This document shows positions 25,069-32,000 of a stretch of 32,000 nt of DNA, one piece after another. The stretch is from Xylella taiwanensis (GTDB lineage: Bacteria; Pseudomonadota; Gammaproteobacteria; Xanthomonadales; Xanthomonadaceae). The notes beneath the pieces are model-generated. The model made no database searches. It saw nothing but the letters and a program-made list of their open reading frames with translations, and was not told the origin of the DNA. The first letter of the stretch is position 1. Each line of letters begins with the position of its first letter. The position numbers and the translations under genes were made by a program. The DNA lies in contig NZ_CP053627.1 in the NCBI RefSeq assembly GCF_013177435.1, forward strand, positions 450,001 through 482,000, in the 5' to 3' direction.

Positions 25069-28000
25069 ATGTCACTCACCGCAGAACAAGCCAACGCATT
25101 ACTCGACAGTATCACTACCAAAGAGCAACTGCGCGATTTAATTAACCAGCTCGATATCAACAGTGGCGGCAGTACCACCGTTTTATACAGTGGTAATACC
25201 GTGAATGGACTCGATAACTTCCAAATTCTCCAGGGCATGCTGCATAACGGCGACGATATCAGGGTCATCGATAACACCGAAGCGGCCAAGTTTCTGAATG
25301 TCACGCCTGGCGATCCCAATCGAAATGATGTACTTGAGGAGAAACTGCAACAAATTTTTGGTGATGACCCTAATGAGCGCAACAGCCGCTCCAACCAATT
25401 CCTTTTCGGCGAAAGAACTGCCGATGGCACCCGTTTCCCGAACGGCGCTTGGGACAACATATCGGCCCGCTTTGTGGATGCCACCGTCGGCGAGGTGCGC
25501 ACGCTGACCGGCGGTGCGTCTGTCAATGGCGTGTTTAATCAAACCGAACTGCCGCGCCTGCTGAATAACCCCAATATCACCTCGGTGGATGGCCTGCCCT
25601 TATCCGACTTGCAACGGCTGGGGCCGGCGGCGGCCTTCCAGGCGATTTCAGCGCAATCCGACAACTTGTCCGGCTACATCAAGGTGGCCATTGATGCCGA
25701 TGGCCGCATCATACATTTACCTGATGGCGTGCCACGCTTGGATAGCCGCCAGTACTTCGGGCTGACCGGTGTAGAAGGCAAACCCCCGCTGGTGGATACG
25801 GGGCGTTACGGCAGCTTTGACAGATTCATCCCCGAGCGCCGCAGCGGTCATGTGGATGGGGCGCGCCTGGTGCAGGAGATCAAAGACGGCTATCAGAGCG
25901 CCTCGCGGTTGCTGGGGCCGGAGTCTGGCGCGGCACGGGCGAATGCGCTGCGCGTACTGGGCAAAATGGGTGTGGCGGCGGATCTGCTCTCGCTGGCGAC
26001 GATGGTGCACGATGCCAATGCGGCCTACGCCCGCGGCGATACCAGCGCCGGCAACACGATTGTGCAGGATTGGACCAGCCGCTATCTGGGCGGGCTGATG
26101 GGTGGTTTGATGGAGGCACAAGCAGTCGGGTCGCTGCTGACGCCGTTGTATATGGATGGCCCGGCCGGGGCGATTTTTGCTTCCATCCTGACGCTAGCGG
26201 CGGGTGTGGAGGGCACCTTCTTAGGCAGCCATTACCTGGGGGATGTGCTGAACAAGATATTCGACCAATTGCATCGGCTCGGCCAGGTGTCGGAGCAGGC
26301 GCTCCACGATTGGATCACGCACATGAGCGATGCCTTCCACCGCCTATCCGGTCAACTACACAAAGACAGCGACGCTTTTATGACGCTGCTTCATGACCTG
26401 TTCGGCTATCAGCGTGATGTCCGCGACCCGCTGGTGCTGGATCTGGATGGCGACGGCATCAAACACGCCAGCGGCTGGATTAAATCCGATGACGGCTTGC
26501 TAGTGCTGGACCGCAACGGCAACGGACACATTGATGACGGCAGCGAACTGTTCGGTGCCGATACCCTATTGGCCAACGGCCAGAAAGCCACCTCCGGCTT
26601 TGAGGCACTGCGCGATCTGGACAGCAACGGGGATGGCGTCTTTGATGCCGGCGACACCCGCTTTACCGACGTGCGCGTGTGGCGCGATCTCAATCAGGAT
26701 GGCCGCTCCCAGACCAACGAGCTGTTCACCCTCTCCAGCCTGGGCATTGCCTCGATCGCCCTGACGCCCACCGACACCCAGCGCGTCAACTTGAACGACG
26801 GTAATTTCATTGATGGCCGCGGCACCTACACCCGCAGCGATGGCCGCACCGGCGTCGTTGGCAACCTGCAATTGGGTCTGGACCACTTCTACCGCGACTA
26901 CAACGGCGCCCACGCCCAAGTGACCGTGAGCGAGGCGGCCCGCGCCTTACCAGCCATCACCGGCAGCGGCGCGGTGCGCGATCTGCAAGAAGCCGCCAGC
27001 CAGTCACCGGCCTTATTGGCGGCCGTTCAAGCGCTATTGTCCGGCACCACTCCGGGCACCCTGCGCGCCGCGCTGGATCAGGTCATTGCCCTGTGGGCCG
27101 ACACCTCAACCATGCGTAGCAGCGAGGAGCGCCTCGAAGCCTCCGGGGACATGCAGCGCAATGTGTATTACCAATGGTTCGTCCCTGCTGCCGTGATCGC
27201 CCAGGGCCAGGAGGCCGTTCAGACCTGGACCCAGCAGCAGCATGCCCGGCTTGGGCCGATCATCGGCATCCTGGAGAAGTTCAACGGCTCCACCCTGGTC
27301 AGCGATCACAACGGCCAGATCTCCATGGGGGGGCAGATCTTCAGCTGGAACCGCGTGGTCCATCCTGACGGACACGGCGAAGAGGTAATGACCTTCCGGT
27401 TCCTGCCGGAGCAGTTCGATCCCTTGATTGACCCCTTCACGAAGGCCTATGCCCACCTGAAAGAATCCATCTATATCCGGCTGGTGCTCCAGCAGCGGCT
27501 CAGCGATTACCTGTCCGGACTCACCATGACATATCACCACGGTGTGATGGGCTGGGATGCCTCCGGGGTGCACGCCAAGCTGGATGACACCTGGCAGCAC
27601 AACAAAGCCCAGGCGCTTCAGGATGCGATGGACCTGTACCGCTACGGCAGCGATGCCCTTGCTGGCAGCGACTGGAAGCCGCTGGATACCTTGCGCGACA
27701 TGATCGACCGTACCGCCGCCGCCCCTGATGGCATACAGGCCCTGAAGGAGGCGGGTACGCCCTTTGTGTCTGGAGATCTGGAAGGCAGTGCCGCGGCGGA
27801 TATCATGTTCGGCGATGCCGGAGCCAATACCCTCAGTGGCGGCGCTGGCGACGATGTGCTGTCCGGCGGCGGCGGAGACGACACGCTGTACGGTGGTGAG
27901 GGCAACGATATCCTGCGTGGCGATGCGGGCAACGACCTGCTGTACGGCAGCTCCCAAAACAATACCTACCTGTTTAACCAAGGAGACGGCCACGACACCC

Positions 28001-29370
28001 TCGTGGATCAAGGCGGTAGCGACACCATCGTGTTTGGCACAGGCATTGCCGCCAGCGACATCCGAGGATGGTTGCAAGGTCAGGATGTAGTGCTGGATTT
28101 GGGCAACGGCCACGACAGCATTCGGTTCAAGAACAGGGTGAACTCCGATGGAGGGCGTGACACACGCACCGACATCGAACAGATCACCTTTGCCGATGGC
28201 ACCGTCTGGACCGGAAAGACGTTGAATGACATGGCGTTAACCACACAGGGCACCTCCGGCAACGACACCCTGCAGGGCTGGCAAGGCCGGGACACCATGC
28301 TGGGCGGCGCTGGCGATGACACGCTGTCCGGCCGCGGCGGCGATGATGTGCTGCTGGGCGGGGATGGCAACGACCTGCTGGACGGCGGCAGCGGCAGCAA
28401 CCGTCTGGAGGGCGGCGCCGGTAACGATGTGCTCAAGGTGTCTGCGTATTACTCCTCTGACAACGTGCTGAGCGGTGGTACCGGCGATGACACGCTGTAC
28501 GGCAGTAATAATTCGGACACGTATTTGTTCGAGAAAGGAGACGGCCACGACACCATTGTGGAACAGGGCGGTACCGACAAACTCGTGTTGGGCGCCGGGA
28601 TTGTGGCCAGTGATGTCAAGGTGCTGCGCGAAGGTCAAGACGTGGTGCTGGACCTGGGCAACGGCCACGACAGCATCCGCTTGAAGGACTGGTTGACCTC
28701 CGATGGCTACCGTAGCAGCACTGCCCACATTGAGCAGATCGTGTTTGCTGATGGCACGGTCTGGACTGGGGAGACGTTAAGCGACATCGGCCTGACGACC
28801 GTCGGCACCTCTGGCGACAACACCCTGCAGGGCTGGCAAGGCCGGGACATCCTGCTGGGCGGCGCTGGCGATGACGTGCTGTCCGGCGGCGCTGGCACCA
28901 ACCGTCTGGAAGGCGGTGCCGGTAACGACGTGCTCAAAGTGTCGGCGTATTACTCCTCTGACAACGTGCTGAGCGGTGGTACCGGCGATGACACGCTGTA
29001 CGGCAGTAATAATTCGGACACGTATTTGTTCGAGAAAGGAGACGGCCACGACACCCTCGTGGAACAGGGCGGTACCGACAGGCTGGTGTTTGGTGAGGGA
29101 CTGCATCGTGAAGAGGCGCTCTTTACGAAGTCAGGAGACGATCTCTCCATCCTTTTCAATCATGGGGACGATCAGGTGACCGTGGCAGGCTGGTTCAGTA
29201 CGCCGGCGCATCAGGTGGAATCTTTCGTATTCCAGGATGGGACGGTGCTGTCCGGTGAGGTGGAGCGTTTGATTGCGGCGATGGCGATGCCGTCCGCGGT
29301 GACCACGACACAGGCGACGGTGCGCGACACTAACGAGCATCACTTACTGGTCGCCAGTTCGATTGTCTGA
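25069..29370 (+). CDS. Large RTX-type (hemolysin-type Ca-binding nonapeptide repeat) protein, 1433 aa; probable T1SS substrate with an N-terminal effector region
   Basis: Start MSLTAEQ at 25069 with RBS AGAGGAAG (the listed 25021 Met lies inside the upstream gene). DLDGDG / NGNGHIDDGSELFG / DSNGDGVFD Ca-binding-like block. Three modules of GGAGNDVL / GGxGDDTLYG nonapeptides at 27.8-29.1 kb. Unstructured C-terminal tail ...HHLLVASSIV*. Confidence 0.9.
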   Translation: MSLTAEQANALLDSITTKEQLRDLINQLDINSGGSTTVLYSGNTVNGLDNFQILQGMLHNGDDIRVIDNTEAAKFLNVTPGDPNRNDVLEEKLQQIFGDDPNERNSRSNQFLFGERTADGTRFPNGAWDNISARFVDATVGEVRTLTGGASVNGVFNQTELPRLLNNPNITSVDGLPLSDLQRLGPAAAFQAISAQSDNLSGYIKVAIDADGRIIHLPDGVPRLDSRQYFGLTGVEGKPPLVDTGRYGSFDRFIPERRSGHVDGARLVQEIKDGYQSASRLLGPESGAARANALRVLGKMGVAADLLSLATMVHDANAAYARGDTSAGNTIVQDWTSRYLGGLMGGLMEAQAVGSLLTPLYMDGPAGAIFASILTLAAGVEGTFLGSHYLGDVLNKIFDQLHRLGQVSEQALHDWITHMSDAFHRLSGQLHKDSDAFMTLLHDLFGYQRDVRDPLVLDLDGDGIKHASGWIKSDDGLLVLDRNGNGHIDDGSELFGADTLLANGQKATSGFEALRDLDSNGDGVFDAGDTRFTDVRVWRDLNQDGRSQTNELFTLSSLGIASIALTPTDTQRVNLNDGNFIDGRGTYTRSDGRTGVVGNLQLGLDHFYRDYNGAHAQVTVSEAARALPAITGSGAVRDLQEAASQSPALLAAVQALLSGTTPGTLRAALDQVIALWADTSTMRSSEERLEASGDMQRNVYYQWFVPAAVIAQGQEAVQTWTQQQHARLGPIIGILEKFNGSTLVSDHNGQISMGGQIFSWNRVVHPDGHGEEVMTFRFLPEQFDPLIDPFTKAYAHLKESIYIRLVLQQRLSDYLSGLTMTYHHGVMGWDASGVHAKLDDTWQHNKAQALQDAMDLYRYGSDALAGSDWKPLDTLRDMIDRTAAAPDGIQALKEAGTPFVSGDLEGSAAADIMFGDAGANTLSGGAGDDVLSGGGGDDTLYGGEGNDILRGDAGNDLLYGSSQNNTYLFNQGDGHDTLVDQGGSDTIVFGTGIAASDIRGWLQGQDVVLDLGNGHDSIRFKNRVNSDGGRDTRTDIEQITFADGTVWTGKTLNDMALTTQGTSGNDTLQGWQGRDTMLGGAGDDTLSGRGGDDVLLGGDGNDLLDGGSGSNRLEGGAGNDVLKVSAYYSSDNVLSGGTGDDTLYGSNNSDTYLFEKGDGHDTIVEQGGTDKLVLGAGIVASDVKVLREGQDVVLDLGNGHDSIRLKDWLTSDGYRSSTAHIEQIVFADGTVWTGETLSDIGLTTVGTSGDNTLQGWQGRDILLGGAGDDVLSGGAGTNRLEGGAGNDVLKVSAYYSSDNVLSGGTGDDTLYGSNNSDTYLFEKGDGHDTLVEQGGTDRLVFGEGLHREEALFTKSGDDLSILFNHGDDQVTVAGWFSTPAHQVESFVFQDGTVLSGEVERLIAAMAMPSAVTTTQATVRDTNEHHLLVASSIV
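27800..29100 (+). repeat. Three tandem RTX modules inside the gene, with long near-identical DNA stretches
   Basis: For example, 28426-28560 and 28917-29051 (GGTAACGA.GTGCTCAA.GTGTC.GCGTATTACTCCTCTGACAACGTGCTGAGCGGTGGTACCGGCGATGACACGCTGTACGGCAGTAATAATTCGGACACGTATTTGTTCGAGAAAGGAGACGGCCACGACACC) are nearly identical. Confidence 0.85.
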
Positions 29371-29390
29371 GGGTGTGTTGTGTTACTGGG

Positions 29391-29412
29391 AGGCCCCGCA
29401 GATGCGGGGCCT
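29391..29412 (+). terminator. GC-rich hairpin 20 nt after the RTX stop
   Basis: AGGCCCCGC-AGAT-GCGGGGCCT followed by CTTGGTAT. The U-tract is weak. Confidence 0.55.
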
Positions 29413-29427
29413 CTTGGTATGGCCTCT

Positions 29428-29440
29428 GGGGGGGGGGGGG
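29428..29440 (+). repeat. Homopolymeric G13 tract
   Basis: TCT-GGGGGGGGGGGGG-TGTTTG, in the convergent intergenic region between the RTX gene and tadA. Confidence 0.95.
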
Positions 29441-29613
29441 TGTTTGAGACCAAAGGAATGCAAGCTGCCTTGATAGGGTAGGTGTGTAGTGATGGTTTGA
29501 AGTTGTAGGGTGCCCGGTGGGGTGGGTGTATCGGGGCGGTTTGGATGGCGGTGTGGGGTGCAGTTTTGATATGCATCGGATGGGTGTCTGTGTCGCCACG
29601 TCAGGGGGAGGTG

Positions 29614-30117
29614 TTATTCCGGCAGCGGTGATTGTCCGCGCTTGGTACGAAAGTAGTTGGTCAGGCGGCGTGAGGCATCTTCGGCAAGGACGCCGCCGCA
29701 GACGTGCACACGGTGGTTGTGGCGAGGGTCGGCAAGTACATTGAATCTGCTGCCGCAGGCGCCTGTTTTGGGATCGGCAGCGGCGTAGATGAGGCGTGCA
29801 ATCCGTGCGTGGACGATGGCCATGGCGCACATCATGCACGGTTCTAGGGTCACGTAGAGTGTGCAGCCAGGCAGGCGATGATTACGCAACTGTTGGCCGC
29901 CGGCCCGCAGCGCCATGATTTCGGCGTGGGCACTGGGGTCGTGGCTGGTGATGTTGTAGTTGTACCCTTCGCCGAGGAGGGTCCCTTCGGGACTGAGCAG
30001 CACTGCGCCGACGGGGATTTCATCGAATTCAGAGGCTGCACGGTTGGCCAGGGTCAGTGCATGGCGCATCCAGTGGGTGTCGTCAGGGAAGACGGCGCTG
30101 GGGTGTATCGCAGGCAT
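29614..30117 (-). CDS. tadA: tRNA adenosine(34) deaminase
   Basis: HWMRHALTLANRAA...IPVGAVLL...HAEIMALR...TLYVTLEPCMMCAMAIVHARIARLIY (HAE / PCxxC zinc motifs). Start MPAIHP at 30117. Confidence 0.9.
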   Translation of the reverse strand: MPAIHPSAVFPDDTHWMRHALTLANRAASEFDEIPVGAVLLSPEGTLLGEGYNYNITSHDPSAHAEIMALRAGGQQLRNHRLPGCTLYVTLEPCMMCAMAIVHARIARLIYAAADPKTGACGSRFNVLADPRHNHRVHVCGGVLAEDASRRLTNYFRTKRGQSPLPE

Positions 30118-30124
30118 GTTCGTT

Positions 30125-30619
30125 TCACGTTGTTTCGCTGTGGCGATGGAGGAAGGCTTTAAATGCGGCAAGTGTTGCTTCGCTGACGTGATGTTCGATT
30201 CCTTCGGCGTCGCAGCGTGCGGTTGCTGCATCAATGCCGAGTGCCAGGAGGAAGCGTTCTACGGTTTGATGGCATTCGCGGCTGGAGGCAGCGAGTTCTT
30301 TGCCTGCAGGGGTCAGGAATGCGCCTCGGTAGGGGCGTTGTATGACCCATCCATCGCGTACAAGACGCTTGAGCATTTTAGCGACAGTCGGTTGGGCAAC
30401 ACCTAAGCGTGCGGCGATGTCCACTTGGCGGGCTTCGCCGCTATCGGCGAGAAGATCGGAGATCAATTCGACGTAGTCTTTCACCAGTTCGGCACGGCGG
30501 GCTTCGCGCACTTGACGGAAGCTTTCTACGTGAATGTCTGCATCGATCAGGGGCTGTTCCGCTGCTTCAGTTTTTCCGTGATTGGATACTTTGTGCCTCG
30601 TGTTCATCGGGGATTGCAT
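30125..30619 (-). CDS. mntR: DtxR/MntR-family manganese-responsive transcriptional regulator
   Basis: [85 protein letters not shown]. Divergent from mntH. Confidence 0.85.
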   Translation of the reverse strand: MQSPMNTRHKVSNHGKTEAAEQPLIDADIHVESFRQVREARRAELVKDYVELISDLLADSGEARQVDIAARLGVAQPTVAKMLKRLVRDGWVIQRPYRGAFLTPAGKELAASSRECHQTVERFLLALGIDAATARCDAEGIEHHVSEATLAAFKAFLHRHSETT

Positions 30620-30788
30620 CGTTGGTCATCGCTAGTTTGACGTAACTTCCTGGTGATTGCTTCTATCGCATGATAGGAACGCATTGCGATTTTCTGGGGA
30701 AAATGCTCTGAACGGTGCAAGGTTGGCACCAAGATATTTTCTTGGCGTTGTTGTGGTCTGCATGGTGTGTGATCTCTTTGGGAAGTGA

Positions 30789-30814
30789 GTTGCTATATAG
30801 CATTTGCTATAAAA
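30789..30814. promoter_or_regulatory. Candidate MntR operator in the mntR-mntH intergenic region
   Basis: GT-TGCTATATAGCA-TTTGCTATAAAA contains a perfect 12-bp palindrome, TGCTAT/ATAGCA, plus an extra GCTAT half-site. ATAGC/GCTAT half-sites resemble enterobacterial MntR boxes. Confidence 0.45.
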
Positions 30815-30844
30815 TGAAGCGTGCCGTTGCTTACCAATCGTTCT

Positions 30845-32000
30845 ATGTCCTCGTTTCAACCTATGTCTCCGGTCTCTAATTCCCCCAGTCTTGGAGAGAT
30901 GCATGCCAGTGTCGCGGTGTCGCGCAGTGGGCATTGGGGGTTCCGTTTGTTGGCCTTTCTCGGGCCGGGCTATATGGTGTCGGTCGGCTATATGGATCCT
31001 GGCAATTGGGCGACGGGTTTGGCGGGTGGTTCGCGTTTCGGCTATATGCTGTTATCGGTCATTCTGCTTTCCAATGTGATGGCGATTGTGTTGCAAGCAC
31101 TGGCGGCACGCTTGGGCATCGCCAGTGATCTGGACTTAGCCCAGGCGTGCCGGGCGCGCTATTCGCGTAGGACGAATCTGGCGTTGTGGGTGGTCTGCGA
31201 GTTGGCGATTGTTGCTTGTGATTTGGCTGAAGTGATCGGTACGGCGATTGCGCTCAATCTGCTGTTTGGTATTCCCATCTCTTGGGGGGTCATCATCACG
31301 GCGGTCGACGTGATTCTGGTGCTGTTGTTGATGCACCGTGGCTTCCGTGCGCTTGAAGCGTTTGTGATCACCCTGTTGTTGATAATCTTCGGATGCTTCG
31401 CGGTCCAAATGGTGCTGGCGGCGCCGCCCTTGCAGGAGGTGCTGGGCGGCTTTGTGCCACGCTGGCAGGTGGTTGCCGATCCGCAAGCACTGTACTTGGC
31501 CATCGGTATTGTTGGTGCCACGGTGATGCCTCATAACCTGTACTTGCACTCTTCGATTGTGCAGACCCGTGCTTATCCGCGCACGCCTGTTGGACGGCGC
31601 GCGGCGCTGCGTTGGGCAGTGACTGACAGTACTTTGGCGCTGATGTTCGCGTTGTTTATCAATGCTTCGATTCTGATTCTGGCGGCAGCGGTGTTTCATG
31701 CTCAGCATCGCTTCGATGTGCAGGAAATCGAGCAGGCGCACCAATTACTTGCACCGCTACTTGGGGTTGGGGTTGCGTCGACGTTGTTTGCGACGGCTCT
31801 GCTTGCTTCAGGGATCAATTCGACAGTGACGGCGACGTTGGCTGGGCAGATCGTGATGGAGGGGTTCTTGCGGTTGCGGTTGACGCCGTGGTTGCGACGT
31901 TTGCTGACGCGCGGTTTAGCGATTGTGCCGGTGATTGTGGTGACGTTGTTGTATGGCGAGCGAGGTACTGCGCATCTGCTGGTGTTGAGTCAAGTGGTAC
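30845..32000 (+). CDS. mntH: Nramp-family Mn2+/H+ transporter, 3' end outside the window
   Basis: My own translation from ATG 30845: [70 protein letters not shown]...[19 protein letters not shown]... There is no stop before 32000, which is why it is absent from the ORF track. Confidence 0.9.
   Translation, partial: MSSFQPMSPVSNSPSLGEMHASVAVSRSGHWGFRLLAFLGPGYMVSVGYMDPGNWATGLAGGSRFGYMLLSVILLSNVMAIVLQALAARLGIASDLDLAQACRARYSRRTNLALWVVCELAIVACDLAEVIGTAIALNLLFGIPISWGVIITAVDVILVLLLMHRGFRALEAFVITLLLIIFGCFAVQMVLAAPPLQEVLGGFVPRWQVVADPQALYLAIGIVGATVMPHNLYLHSSIVQTRAYPRTPVGRRAALRWAVTDSTLALMFALFINASILILAAAVFHAQHRFDVQEIEQAHQLLAPLLGVGVASTLFATALLASGINSTVTATLAGQIVMEGFLRLRLTPWLRRLLTRGLAIVPVIVVTLLYGERGTAHLLVLSQVV

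Larger units (their letters stand above)
22252..25260 (+). repeat. Tandem cassette array, period about 966-981 bp: [partial small ORF] + 3 x [conserved ~178-bp spacer, 166-169 aa gene, copy of the RTX gene's 5' end]
   Basis: Unit starts at 22595 / 23561 / 24537 (large ORFs) and 23113 / 24088 / 25069 (small ORF or RTX start). Spacers are about 90-94% identical by eye; the 166-169 aa proteins are only about 60-72% identical. Confidence 0.9.

Noticed and set aside
22252-25260. Regular repeat array that might be mistaken for CRISPR or another short-repeat system
   Set aside because: The period is about 975 bp and each unit contains two protein-coding ORFs with RBSs. There are no 25-40 bp repeats separated by unique spacers and no cas genes.
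27106-28113. 335-aa minus-strand ORF, with several other 100-160 aa ORFs on both strands between 25.7 and 29.2 kb
   Set aside because: They lie entirely inside the RTX gene. They are antisense or off-frame products of GC-rich repetitive coding sequence, with low-complexity translations, no RBS and no family motifs.
29330-29839. 169-aa minus-strand Pro/Thr-rich ORF spanning the G-rich intergenic region and the tadA 3' end
   Set aside because: Its C-rich template is simply the complement of the G/T-skewed region. It overlaps tadA out of frame and has no start context.
31136-31744. 202-aa minus-strand ORF
   Set aside because: It is antisense to mntH, which has an unmistakable Nramp sequence on the plus strand.

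Overview
All calls come from reading the sequence and the ORF track by eye; no searches were run. Junction coordinates are good to about 10-20 bp, and identity percentages are manual estimates.

Positions 1-29.4 kb are a heavily rearranged accessory mosaic. Positions 29.6-32 kb look like ordinary chromosome: tadA, mntR, and a divergent mntH that runs off the window.

The mosaic contains:
- (a) A decayed Tn3-family element (82-3093) bounded by 39-48 bp GGGG...TAAG-type inverted repeats. It carries tnpR, a parDE-like pair, a multiply broken tnpA and a higBA-like pair. Both toxins are inactivated and both antitoxins are intact.
- (b) A decayed IncP/RP4-order Trb type IV secretion block (trbE'-trbF'-trbG-trbH'-trbI'-trbJ-eex-trbL-lipoprotein-lytic transglycosylase, 4.5-10.9 kb), plus a degraded plasmid primase gene (3185-4542).
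- (c) A second Tn3-family tnpA fragment fused in frame to the 5' end of a flavin amine oxidase gene. It is followed by an oxidative-stress-type passenger block (cupin, AhpD-like, OsmC, SDR, LysR; 12.4-16.4 kb).
- (d) A third Tn3-family module (parDE-res-tnpR-tnpA', 16.4-19.1 kb) and a diverged, truncated second copy of it (20.8-21.3 kb).
- (e) A lower-GC insert between those two copies, encoding a translationally coupled TIR-like (DUF1863/ThsB-type) protein and a caspase-like C14 protease (19219-20576). This is a candidate anti-phage signalling/effector pair.
- (f) A second partial primase copy (21.6-22.25 kb), abutting
- (g) an AT-richer tandem array with a period of about 975 bp (22252-25260). 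It holds three diverged 166-169 aa genes, each followed by an 89-aa ORF that copies the first ~64 codons of the adjacent 1433-aa RTX (Ca-binding nonapeptide repeat) protein (25069-29370). I read this as a T1SS-type polymorphic toxin locus with an upstream array of orphan immunity-like genes.

The two most interesting items are the TIR-caspase pair and the RTX cassette array.
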